Below are positions 40,546-54,500 of a DNA stretch of 64,000 nucleotides, in pieces; position 1 is the stretch's first letter, and each line of letters begins with the position of its first letter. Below the pieces are notes generated by a model that did no database searches, was not told where the DNA came from, and worked only from the letters and a program-made list of their open reading frames with translations. The stretch lies in assembly GCF_006345805.1 (NCBI RefSeq), contig NC_043020.1, forward strand, positions 27,466,001 through 27,530,000, written 5' to 3'. The position numbers and the translations under genes are program-made. The stretch is from Octopus sinensis. Its lineage: Eukaryota.

Positions 40546-41917
40546 GAAATTCGATTTAGTATTTCTAAATTGAATTTTTCCCTGTAAGTTTGGAATAATA
40601 TTCCCTCATATTATTACATATATATATATATATACACACATAACGGGCTGTATTTGTGTTTGGGTCCGCCACCTCTACTTTACAACTGGTGTTGGTTTGT
40701 TTATGTCCCCATGGAAAATCAGTTCAGCAAAAGCAACCAAGAGAATGTATACCAAAGTTTAAAAAAAAACAACAACAACAAAAAGTACTGATGATCTGTT
40801 CAAATAAAAACCCTTCAAGGTGGTGCCCCAGTATGGCCACAGTCCAATGACTGAAACAAGTAAAAGATTAATAATTATTCCCCCCCAACACTAAATTCCA
40901 GATCTTGTTTGCACCTGTGTCAGAAACGTTGCCATAGTTACTGCTTTTTTTAAATATACTCTGGAGTCCCAGTTAAACTTGTTTGCCACGCCCTTGAAAA
41001 GTACTTTTCAAATTTTCCTTCATACTTTTCCTGTCATACCAGTAAATCGCTTGGGCAGATAAGACTTTATCAATCATCGACTATTATGCTGCCTTTAGTA
41101 GCCTTTGTAAACCAGTCATCAACCCAAGCACCACAATCACCAACACCATTATTATTATTATTATTATTATTAGCTCTACTTTAGCGAAGGCAGAGGAACT
41201 GTTTTCAGTCATGTTTGTCTGTGGACAAAATATCTCAAGAACTGCTGGATGCATTCGGATGAAACTTCCAGGGGGATTTGGCCTCGTGACTAGCACAAAC
41301 TGATTAGATTTTGGGATCGATCCAGTACTGGACAAGGATTCTGGACTATTTTGCCTGCTTTTTCTTAATTTTTGGTGGTCGGGTTCATTTTTAGTATTCT
41401 CATTTGTGAGAGCAGTTGAGTTTATTTCAGATATTCTCAGTTTAAAAATCATTTCTGGCTAATCGTTGAGAGGATGTTGGTGTTGCCTTGGCAGAGGTTT
41501 GCGCCAGCTGAGTGCTCTTATTATTATTATTATTATTAAATCAAGGTGGTGAGCTGACAGACTCGTTTTTTTTTAAAGATTTTTTGACTGCTGTGTTGCC
41601 ATTTTTCAGTGTATTTCAACCATAAAAATGTCCACTTAAAGAGAATAACAAGCTACATAATGCAAAATTTTTACTTTTCAAAAATTCCAATTCTAAAGGG
41701 TTGAAACAAACCCGAGCAATGTCGGGCGATACTGCTAGTCCTAATGTAAAATGATTGTCGTCAATGGTTTTTATTTTCATTTTTCTTTTACTAATTATTC
41801 TTTTATTTCCATAGGCATATACAATAAAACGATTTGAATAACAGAAATACAAGACAATGGAAAAAGAAGACAAAAGTAATTAACAGAGAAAGAGGCTGTG
41901 ATAGACATATATATATA

Positions 41918-41980
<63 letters not shown>

Positions 41981-44900
41981 TGGGTGCATAATATAAATTG
42001 AAAACACTCTATTAAGCAAACATTGATCATAATACATATTTGTGTACTTTTTAAACTGTGTACCCAAAGTGTGTACTTTTTAAACTGTGTACACAAACAA
42101 AGAGGTCATAACAAGAATGAACAAGTTTCAAAATAATGATAACATCTAACAGACATATAAAGACAGAAATTACTGGGAGGTGGGAAGGGAGGAGTCAATA
42201 CATCAACCCAAATACTTGTTGTTAAACTCTTTGCGCCCCAGGGAGACTAGGTCATCATCAATGGCTTTTCTCCACTGTTCTGGACCCTGGGCAACCAGGG
42301 CCACTTCCTCAATACAAGGAATACTCTCATCTGTGTCTAGAGAGGTTTTATTTGGAGGAAGGCCTCCCTCTCACAAGTTTTGTTGGTTTTAAATTGTCAT
42401 CGATGTTTCAGTAACTTGACCTCTGTTTTTTTTTTTCTTTTTTTATAGGTGGAAGCGTTTGGCATTCATGCCAGAAGCTCTAATACAATCACTTCAGAGT
42501 GTTTGGGTGTCAATCTGAGGACATGTACTGAGAGTGATAAAAATCAAACATCCAGTCAACATCAGGGTGTTTGGAGTGATCACTAGTGATGGTGACGTTA
42601 TGCCTCCATTAATGTTCCCATACTGCCTCAGACCCAACACGGAGGCCTACATCAAATGCCTGGAGGAGGTAGTGCTGCCCTGGGTGAAGAGGATGGCTGC
42701 TGAAAGACCCAGTGTCTGGCAACAAGACTCTGCTCCATGCCACACAATCAGGAGAACCCAGTCATAGCTGTCAGACAATTTCTGCCACCACATCACCCCT
42801 AACATATAGCCACCTGACTTTCTCCATACATAATAACCCCCTTGGTTATTATGTGTGGGGTCGCAGATGAGCAAAGTGAGAAACCAGCAAAACTCCTTGT
42901 AACACCAATGATGAACTGAAGGCAAGGATTATGGCAGCATTCACCAACTTAAACAAGGAGACCGTCCAGAAGAGTTGCAAGAGATTCCGAAGTCATCTGG
43001 AGACCATGGCTGAAGCCAAGGGCAATTTTATTGAATAAATTTTCCTCTTTAGTATTTCAAGAAATTTCTCTGTAATTTTGGTAAATTTATGTTAAAATGA
43101 GAGGTCAGTGTTATTTTCATTTTTGTGTAATTTAGACAACTTTTTAACCACATCCATGTGTGTGTGTTTCTCTCCCACTTCACCACTTGACAAAATGTTG
43201 CTTTGTTTATGTCCCCCATAACTTAGCAGTTCAGCAAAAGAGAATGATAAAGTACCAGGTTTAAAAACAAAAAAGAAAAAGTACTGGGAACACTAGATAA
43301 GGGTGTCTGGGGTTGAAAGAGCTGAAAGCATAAACTGACCCATCCACCAGGAAAGTACCTGGGTGCATCACAGGATGATGTACGGAAAAACATGAAGCTT
43401 GACCAGAACCATCTTTCGGATGATTTGGCTAAAAATTCTGAGTGTTTCAACATTCCTGGACAAACAAATTCATCAGCATCTTTATTGACTCTTTAGCATT
43501 TAAACCAGCAATATCTGGCCAAAATGTTCAATCCATTTTGATTCCAGCTGGCCAGATCTGGCTTCTCACACCAATCCTACAATATCATTCTAAAAATATT
43601 AACAGTTACCTGACTGGCTCCCATGCTGGTGGCACATAAAAAGCATCATCCAAGCATGGCCGATGCCAGTACCGCCTGATTGGCCCTCATGCCTGTGGCA
43701 CGTAAAAAGCACCCATTAGGAATGGCATCCAGCTGTAGAAACACCGTCAGATCAGATTGGAGCCTGGTGAAGCCTTCTTGCTCGCCAGTCCTCAGTCAAA
43801 CTGTCCAACCCATGCCAGCAAGGAAAGCAGACATTAAACGACGATGATGATCTCATCAAGACCTCAAAGCTACAAGATAATGCAGGATTAATTCAAAATG
43901 TGAATAAAAAATCAATCCATTTCACAGAATAATCCAAATGCTAAAGAGTTAATTCGTTAATCCTTCAGTATTCAGATTACTGTACCAAATCCAATGCTTA
44001 TTTGTTCACATTTATTTTTTAATTAATCATTAACCATTTCACAGCTTCATGATTTCAAAGGTGTCGTTGATTTTAGAATGAAATTATCGGGTAGGTAGGT
44101 GTGAGGGCCAGACCTGGCCGGTCTCAACATAAAACTGGTAGAATATTTGAGCCAAATATGTTTGGTTTGAATGCTAAAGGGTTAAAAATATAGTGGATCC
44201 ATTTATCTTTTATTCTTTTAATTGCTTCAGTCATTAGACTGCGGCCATGCTGGAGCACCACCTTGAAGAATGTTAGTTGAGTGAATTGACTGCTGTGGTT
44301 CGACCCTTATTTTTTTTTTTGGTTTTATCTTTTCCCCCCTCGTATCACTCATAATATTACCACCAGTACAAGCCCTGCACCTACCACTACTCCCACTTTT
44401 GTTTTTTTCTTTCCCAGAACATCAGCTCCCTTTGGGATTATTTCCCTGCCCATGTTTTCCTTATAGCTGTTGACTTAACAATTTGGGTGAAACATAACCA
44501 GCATCAGACTTACCAGTCCCAAAGGGCCTATGAAGGGGAATCCTGGATCTTTTCGGTTTGAACGGCAGTTTTTTCTAGCTGTGTCATATGAAATTGTTAC
44601 CCATAATTATGACCCTAGAATTGATCTATTGCATTTCAATCTGTTTTAGGGTTAGAGTTAGGGGTGGGGGAAGGGTATCTTTCTTTCTTCAGAAATGTAA
44701 ATAAACCCAATCTGGTTCTTAAACGAGGGACATATTCATACGGCACAATGTTTTTTTTACCTCAATAGATGTCAGTGATTGGTTGAAATTGCAGAAATTG
44801 GAGAAAAACAACAACAAATATCTTACAAACTATAGAATTTTTTCAATAAAGCCTAGAGAAAAAGATGTTTTATAAACACATTCTACCGGTATACGAAGTT

Positions 44901-45493
44901 TAAAATTTTTTTAGTTACCTAGAAATTATGTTAAAAACTGCCGTTCAAACCGAAAAGATCCAGGATCCCTTCCTCCACATCAAATCAATTCGGAATAAAT
45001 AAAACTTTAAAAACTTCAAATGCAAAAAATGAGAAATATTCTTACCTGTACAACAACAAATCTCACAAAGTTACCTTGTAAGCCTACCTTGTACATGCCT
45101 GAACAATAGTCATCAAAATTACGAGGGATAACACCTCACCTGTCTAAAATCTTACCTGAAGGGCAACAGCCCTTAACAATTAACTTTATAATTCTTTTAT
45201 TCTTTTACTTGTTTCAGTCATTTGCCTATGGCCAAGCTGGGGCATTACCTTGAAAAGTTTTAGTTGCACAAATTGACCCCAGGACTTATTGTTTTAAGCC
45301 AAGTACTCATACTATCTCGTCTGGCGAACCAGAGTTGCAGGAACATAAACACACCAACACCGGTTGTCAGGTGGTGGTGGGCAAACACATACACACACAC
45401 ACAGTGAAGCTTTACTATAGCATCATAAATTTATCGACTGCTATTTCCAGTAAACATTGGTGCCTTGTTGTACCACAACTCTATATTTATATT

Positions 45494-45533
<40 letters not shown>

Positions 45534-48500
45534 AATACACATGGGGTTTCTTTCAGTTTTCATCTACCCAATCCACTCACAATGATTCGGCTGGCCCAAG
45601 AAGTCACTTGCCCAATGTGTGACATAGTGGAACTTAGTTAATTTTTTGGCTCAAAAAGCAAAAAGCAAGGTCATGTAGGGGGACATGGAGTTATGTATAG
45701 GGTGGTGTTCATGTAAAGAGTTCAGGCCACTTGTGGTCAAGGGAGACTTTGAACTGAGCAGTCGTCGGCATCTTCACCATCTCGTCCGGCAGCTTATTCC
45801 ACGGATCCGCAACTCGGACGGAGAAGGCCCCTCTCCTTTGATTGAGATGAAATCGTCGCGGATAGAGCTTTGCGGAGTGACCCCGCAGCCGACGCTCTGG
45901 AGCAGGAGTGAAGAACAGCTCCTTCGAGAGCTGAACTAGGAACCATGAGATTGGGAAACAAGCTTCTTACCGTACACCCATGCATACACCTGTATAAATT
46001 TCTACCTTTTCTTAGCTCCTAACGGCTATTTAATTATATTTCTCCCGATATATGCTAATATTAATGCTATACTTGGAGAACACCATAAATATATATATAA
46101 AACGAGGCAGTGAGCTGGCAAAAACGTTAGCACGCCGGGCGAAATGCTTAGCAGTATTTCATCTGGTGCTGCGTTCTGAGTTCAAATTCCACCGAAGTCG
46201 GCTTTGCCTTTCATCCTTTCGGGGTCGATAAATTAAGTACCAGTTAAGCACTGGGGTCGATGTAATCGACTTAATCCATTTGTCTGTCCTTGTTTGTCCC
46301 CTCTGTGCGTAGCCCCTTGTGGGCAGTAAAGAAATAAGAAATAAATATGAAATATAAAACAGAAACCCCAAAGTTTTTATAATATTTATCATCATTTAAC
46401 AGGTTTTCCATGCTGGCATGGGTTGGACTGCTGACATGCTTTATATATTTATATATATATATATATATATAGATATATTAATCTTTGTCACCATATTTCT
46501 GTTGAATTACAATTCCTTTGCTTCTGTTAATTTTGAAAATTGATGAATTTAGTAAAATAATTTTTCCAACATTAATCAGGTTTTTTTTTTAATATTAATT
46601 AAGAAATTTTGATGGAAAGTTTTAATTTAAATCACTTTAAAATAGGAAGTTAATATCACAAAAACCAAGGTGAACTTAGGCAGATTGGTATCAATAAGGT
46701 TCAATTTTCAATCTGTACAAAAAATGGGTCATTGTCTTTTAATGGGGTCAACAAGCAAAGACTGGCAAACAGGAAGGGCATTAAGCCACAGATTCTCTCT
46801 TTCCCATCATGTTCTGTGCCTACAAGCATCAATTATCGCAGACCTCCAGTTAAGTGGAAGGACTGAATTATGTGACATCAGCACATGTCTACACACCAGG
46901 GGGTCTCTGTGACATGTTTAACCCTTTCGTTACTGTATTTAAAATAATAATAATAATAATGAAATTATTGTACACAGTGCTCAGGTGCACCACAACTTGT
47001 CAGAAAGTGCGTATAGAGTATATGCAGTAATGTACAAATGTCTGGAAAGCGAATAATGTACGAGTCAGATAGATGCTTGTGTGTGTATGGAGGGGGAGAA
47101 AATCAGGTGTAGTGTTGGCGAATCTCAGAAAGCATGGAAATTTTGAAGGATGCAGTGCTCCGACAATTAACAACTGATGCCGGCAGTTTGTTCCATGCTT
47201 CAGCAACTCTTAGCGTGAAAAAATGTTTCCGAAAGTCATGGGAGCTGTGCTGTTTTCTGACTTTGTAAATATGTCCACGGGTGTTAGATGGATGCTCTGT
47301 GTTTGTTTCAATTACATTAAATATGACAAAGAATTTAGTAAAATAACTTAGTTATTATTCAGCTAGTGTTAGGAACATAAATTGTGACAAAGGTTTGGTG
47401 GAAGATTTTAATACAAAACCTATGAAAACAAGACATTTGTACTACAGAGCCAGAGGCAGTTTCAGCCAGGTTGGTATCAAAAGGGTTAAGAATCGTTTCT
47501 CTATTATATATTTTAACCCTTTTGTTACCATATTTCTGTTGAGATGCTCTCTGTTTCTTTCAATTAATTTTAAATACTTAGCGGTATTTCGTCTGCCACT
47601 ACAATCTGAGTTCAAATTCCGCCGAGGTTGACTTTGCCTTCCATCCTTTCGGGGTCGATTAAATAAGTACCAGTTACACACTTAATCCGTTTGTCCACTC
47701 TGTGTGTAGCCCCTTGTAGGCAGTAAAGAAATAACAGACCCACTGACAAGGTTTTAGTCAATCCAAGGGCTATAGCAGGAACCAATTTGCTCAAGGTACC
47801 ATGCAGTGGAACTGAACCCAAACCTCCAAAGTTTGGAAGCAAGCATCTTTCAGTTTCTATTCACCAAATCTATTCCCAAGGCTTTGGTGAAGCTGGGGAT
47901 TTAGTCAAAGCAAGACACTTGCACAAAATGCTGCCAAGTGGTGGAACTGAACCCGAACCCAAGTGGTTGGGAAGTGAACACTTTAACCACACAGCCATGC
48001 CTGCACCCGAAGAGAGAAAAACAGATATAACTACCAACCTTGACATCTGGGGGTAACGTTTGAACATTGGAAGGCTGGACCAGTTTTTTGAAGCCGTCGT
48101 AAAAAAGAACCTCGTAACCAACTGAAAAAGAAAAAAAAACATATAAAGAAATCAGGTTTTAAAAAGTATACATTAAAACATTCGGTATACACTTTCAAAT
48201 ATATTGCGGGCATGGTTGTGTGGTTAGGGAGCTTGCTTCCTAGCTACATGGTTTCGGGTTCAGTCCCACTGCGTGGCACTTTGGCCAGGTGTCTTCTGCT
48301 ATAGCCCTGAGCCGACCGAGGCTTTGTGATTGAATTCGGTAGGCGGAACTTACTTCCGTGTGTGTATGTGTGCGTGTGGGTGCTCAGTGCCTCTCCAAAA
48401 GAGAGAGAGAGGGAATTATTAAATTATGGGCCTGCACCACCACCACCAACGGCTGACAAAAATTCTCCAGGCTCAGAGCCATGGTCTTTTGAGACTGACA

Positions 48501-51500
48501 GATGCCTACCTATATCATTACAGCATAACTTGTAACCAACTAAAAAGTTATTTACAGGTACAACTCTAACTTTCCAGGTGCTAACTGTCTGGAACTTCTT
48601 TGCAATCAGAACTAATTAGTAGCAGGAACTCTGAATTCCTGAATTAAGGTGGAAAACTGGCAGAAACATTAGCACACCGGGCGAAATGCTTAGTGGTATT
48701 TCGTCAGCTGCTACATTCTGAGTACAAATTCAGCCATGGTCGACTTTGCTTTTCATCCTTTCAGGTCAATTAAATAAGTACCAGTTACGCACTGGGGTCG
48801 ATATAATCAACTTAATCCATTTGTCCGTCCTTGTTTGTCCCCTCTGCGTGTAGCCCCTTATGGGCAGTAAAGAAATAAGGAACTCTGAATTCCCAGAGTT
48901 ACCAGACTAGTTTCCTAGCACTTTGCACAGTAAAGGGTAAAATACCCCTTCAGTCATGAATGAGCTTGGGATTGCACCTGTAATAATATAGGTCAGTTCT
49001 AATTAAGAGTTGTTGTTTTCCTAGATAAGGCAGAGGGTCACAGTTCAAAGCATCCCATTTATGACAGTTTCTATAGCTAGATTCCCTTTCTAACACCTTA
49101 ACCATTTTTAAAGGGTGGACCGGATGCAAAGAGATTTGAAACCCCGCTCTCCCAGTGATCAACTGGTACTTATTTTTATCAACACTGAAAAGACAAAAAG
49201 GCAAAGTTGACCTTGGCAGAATTTGAACTCAGAATGTAAAGATGGATGAAATACCACTAAGCCTTTGGCCTGACATGGTCAAGATTCAACCAGTTTGTCC
49301 CCTTTGACCCATACTAAATACTTTTAATATTTTTAGTATTTATTCTTAACACAAGTGAGGTATGGTCTCTTGACCCACGTACAAGGGTAAGTAACTCTGA
49401 ATGAGAACTGAACTGGACTCTGATGGTTCCCTTCCAACCACAATGGACGTGGAAAGAAGATGCGAAAACGATGATGATCATGTTGATTATACTCTTTTAC
49501 TTGTTTCAGTCATTTGACTGCGGCCATGCTGGAGCACCGCCTTTAGTCGAGCAAATCGACCCCAGGACTTATTCTTTGCAAGCCTAGTACTTATTCTATC
49601 TGTCTCTATTGCCGAACCACTAAATTATGGGGACGTAAACACACCAACATTGGTTGTCAAGCGATGTTGGGGGGACAAACACAAACACACAAACATATAC
49701 CCACACATACATATGTATATATATATATACACATACACGACGGGCTTCTTTCAGTTTCCGTCTACCAAATCCACTCACAAGGCTTTGGTCGGCCCAGGTT
49801 ATAGTAGAAGACACTTGCCCAAGGTGCCACGCAGTGGGAATGAACCCAGAACCATGTGGTTGGTAAGCAAGCTACTTACCACACAGCCACTCCTGCGCCT
49901 TATGTTTATACATCTTTCAATTTAAGTTCAAATTTCCCTTTCAGATTTGTCCCCCATAGACCTAAATAGGTTTATTTTTTTATATACTAGCCACTGATAG
50001 GATTTGTTAAAAAATTTATCCTTAATTATATTTGCATATATATATATATATATATCATCATCATCATCATCATCATCGTTTAACGTCCGTTTTCCGCGCT
50101 AGCACGGGTTGGACGGTTTGACCGGGGTCTGCCCCAGGCTCCAGTCTGATCTGGCAGTGTTTCTACAGCTGGATGCCCTTCCTAACGCCAACCACTCCGC
50201 GAGTGTAGTGGGTGCTTTTTACGTGCCACCTGCACAGGTGCCAGAGGGGTCTGGCATCGGTCACAATTAGTTGGTGCTTTTTTATGTGCTACCGGCACAG
50301 AAGCCAGTCAAGGCGGTGCTGGCATCGGTCACGTTCGGATGGTGCTTTTTATGTGCCACCGGTACAGAAGCCATTCGAGGCAGGGTTGGCATCGGTCATA
50401 CACACACACACACCTATGCAAGCAAGGAAGGCAAGGCAGGCATTAAATGATATTGATAAAACAAAAACAGCTTACCAGGTAACTTGACTGCCAAAACTTT
50501 GGCTGGGTACATTTTACAATCTGACCACTTGGCCAATACATGTTCACCAACTTTATACGACTGAAAAGTTTAAAACATAAATAAATAAATTAAAAAAGTG
50601 GTTTCTTTCTTGATAATTAATACAAGTAATTAAAAAAGAAAAAAAAAAAGGATGTGTACAAATAATAATGGTTTCATGTTTTGGTACAAGGCCAGCAATT
50701 TTAACGGGAAAGAGTAAAATGATTATAGTGACCACAGTGCCTGAGTCAACCTTGGTAGGATTTGAACTCAGATTGTAAAAGCCAGAAGAAATGCTGTCAA
50801 GCGTTTTGCCCAATGTGCCGTTTCCGCCATCTTGCTTCCGAAAAATGATTCTTTCTAGTTTTGGCATGATGCCAGTGGTTTTTCAGGGAGAGGGTGTAAG
50901 GTGATTATATTGACCCCCAGCAGTCAACTGGTATGTATTTTATCAACCCCAAAAGGATGAAAGGCAAAGTCAGCCTCAGCAGAATATAGGCACAAGGCCT
51001 GAAATTTTGGGGAAGCGGAGTGGGGGTCAGTCAACCCCAGTATTCGACTGGTACAAAATTCGGGTTGGGATAAATCAATTGGCACCTTAATAGGGGTCAT
51101 GATAAAAAGTAACAGGTCCTTTTTACCACATAGTGATGAAAAGTGAGAGGAGGGGAGAGAAGGGAGATGGGGGAAGAGGGGGAGAGAAGGGAGGAGAAAG
51201 AGAAGGGAGGGTAGTGGGAAAAGATGAGAGAAAGAAGGAAGGGGAGAGCTTACGGTCATCTGCCTCCGTTTTTCTTTCCGCTCCGACCGTCTGCTTGCCG
51301 GTCGCAAGCGTTCGCACTTCATGTCCACCCATTCGTCATAACGGTGATTCCAACCTTCAAAGTGGATCAAGACGGAGAATTTCTCTTCTTGGATGTTCAC
51401 AATTTTGGCAGGGTACCTGTGGAATGGGGACAAAAACAGACAATATCAATTAAGGAAAAAAAAAAAGAAAAAATGAACAGTACAAAAGGCACAGGTAAGT

Positions 51501-54500
51501 AGCTTGCTTCCCAACTACATGGGTCATGGTTCAGTCCCACAGCATGGCACCTTAGGCAAGTGTCTGCTACTATAGCCTCAGGCCAACCAAAGCCTTGTGA
51601 GTGGATTTGGGAGATGGAAACTGAAAGAAGCCCGCCATGTGTTTGCATGTATGTGTGTGTGTGTGAGTGAGTGTGTGTATGTATGTATATGTACATGTTT
51701 GTGTGTGTCCCCACCATCAGTTGACAACTGATGCTGGTGTGTTTACATCTCCATAACTTAGTGGTTCGACAAAAGAGACCGATAGAATAAGTCCTAGGCT
51801 TACGAAGAATAAGTTCTTGGGTTGATTCGTTCGACAAAAGGCAGTGCTCCAGCATGGCCACAGTCAAATGACGCATGGAATTTTGCACGAGTAAATACGG
51901 AATCCAGTCTGGTGGTAGACTGCCCTTGGGCAGGTCCTGTGCATGTGAACCTCCTCCAGCACATTTTATGACTGGTTTCCTACACACACACATACACACT
52001 GCCATTAAGGAGATCACTGGAATTTACGTTCCATATCTGAGATGCCTGAAGTAAACAACAATTGGATCGAAGATGCAAAATGGTTGTATTTGCGATATTT
52101 TAAGAATTTTGCTCCTTCGTCAGCCCCCATCCAACCTGTTAATCATGATAGAACAACATTGCTTAAAAAGCTGCTAAATATAGCAGTGTAACATAACTGA
52201 ATACACCAATTTTACATATTAACCCTTTTGTTACCATATTTTATTTTGAGATATTCTGTGTTTCTTTCAATTACTTTAAATATAACAAAGAATTTAGTAA
52301 AACAACTTAAGTTATCATTAAGCTAGTGTTAGGAACGTAAAATGTGACTAAGATTTGGTGGAAGATTTTAATTCAAAACTTATGAAAACAAGATATTTGT
52401 ACTACAGGGCCAGAGGTGGTTTCAGCCAGGTTGGTAACAAAAGGGTTAAGAATTGTTTCTCTATTATATATTTTAACCCTTTTGTTACCATATTTCGGTT
52501 GAGATGCTCTGTGTTTCTTTCAATTACTTTAAATATAACAAAGAGTTTAGTAAAATAACTTAGTTATCATTAAGCTAGTGTTAGGAACATAAATTGTGAT
52601 TAAGGTTTGGGGGAAGATTTTAATTCAAAACTTATGAAAACAAGATATTTGTACTACAGGGCCAGAGGTGGTTTCAGCCAGGTTGGTAACAAAAGGGTTA
52701 AGAATTGTTTCTCTATTATATATTTTAACCCTTTTGTTACCATATTTCTGTTGAAATGTTCTGTGTTTCTTTCAATTACTTTAAATATAACAAAGAGTTT
52801 AGTAAAATAACTTAGTTATCATTAAGCTAGTGTTAGGAACATTAATTGTGACTAAGGTTTGGTGGAAGATTTTAATTCAAAACTTATGAAAACAAGACAT
52901 TTGTACTAAAGAGCCAGAGCTGGTCTTCCACAAGCAGCTTTTCCTGGACTTGTGCCTTGGAGATTAACTTTCTAAGTGCAATCCCATGGTCATTCATAAC
53001 TGAAAGGGGTCTTTACCCTTTACATCTGACAGAACAATTTAAAAGCTAAAGGGGTTAATAAACCCTAAAGTGTTATAAAGGCAGAACTGAACCTAAGACC
53101 ACACGGTTGGGAAGCAGGCTTCTTAAACCACACAGCCACACCAGCACCTCCTAATGTGTTCCTTCATTTTTAACAATGGCCATCACATGACTTGTGGAAT
53201 ATTTGGCTGCTATTTCTTATACAGTTCCAAGACAATAGCTCCAGTTTGGTTCGAGGACAGCTGACTGCTATGAAGTTGTTCGATTGATTTGCTTATTACA
53301 GGTCTACTTGACCTAGGGCTACGTGATACTTGTAAGACAACAGTCATCAGAGTTGCTGCACCAAACGATGCAGAGATTTTACAGTGGAAGTCTGGTGAAC
53401 ACAAGTGAACGGCGCTGGATAAAGTAAAACACACAAAACGGAAGACAAAAGAACCAGCATCAAAGATCATCATTGCACACCTGATAAAAGACTTCGTTTT
53501 CACCTGTTGAATGCTTATTAATAATCAATATATTGGAATCTGTTTAGCTAATGGATACTAAATACTGGATGAATGGAGTCAGCCAGAGAAAGAGATGGAG
53601 AGAGAGAAAGGAGGGAAGATAGAGAGCAAGGGGAGAGAGAGGGGGAGAGAAAGGGAGTGTGCGTGCATGACACAGAAGATGCATATGTAATACGTGTTTG
53701 AGTGAGAAAGAGTGTGGGTGGGTGTGTGTGCATGACTGGGTGTGTATAACGGAGTGTGTGTGATGGTGTGTCTGTGTATGACTGTGGGTGTGTATAATGG
53801 AGTGCGCATGCATGCATAATGGAGTATGTCCGTGCAGAGTGCGCGTGCATGATGGAGTGTGTGCACGGAGTGTACCTGTGTGCACAATTGACCATGAGCA
53901 TGAGGGAGTGTGTACACATGCAGGGGAGTGCACGCAGGCATGGAGTGTCTATGCGAGCATTTAAGAGCACGTCCATGCACGAGGGAGTGTGTATATGATG
54001 GATTGTGTGCATGCGTGTGCATATGATGGCAAGTGTGTACACGTGGTGTGTACGTGCATATGATGGAGAGCATGTATGTATGTATGGTGTGTGTATATAT
54101 AATAGAGACGGGGCATCTGCTATAATTATGTGAGTGAGAGTGCATGTGATGTAGTGTGCAGACACAGTATATATGCCTTAAATCCATCCAACCCATAAGA
54201 GCATGGAGAAACAGAGATAAAAATGTTAATGACAATATATTCATACGTATACCTTAACAGAAGTACAGACTAACGGATCTTTTCCGTTTGAACGGCAGTG
54301 TTTAACATAATTTCTAGGTAACTAAAAAATTTTAAACTTCGTATACTGGTAAAATGTGTTTATATAACATCTTTTTCTCTTGGCTTTCTTGAGAAAATTC
54401 TATAGTTTGTAAGATATTTGTTGTTGTTTTTTCTTCAATTTCTGCAATTTCAACCAATCACTGACGTCTATTGAGGTAAAAAAAACATTCTGTGCCGTAT

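Noticed and set aside
43430-43480. Minus-strand CUGAUGA...GAAA
   Set aside because: No stem II pairing and no NUH/stem III; chance match.
53210-53510. Complex non-repetitive stretch, possible transposase remnant
   Set aside because: Stops in the frames examined and no motif I could recognise.
53544-54244. His/Thr-rich ORFs of 129-221 aa
   Set aside because: Translations of degenerate (CA)n satellite. The same applies to ORFs at 55607-56001 and 62902-63231.
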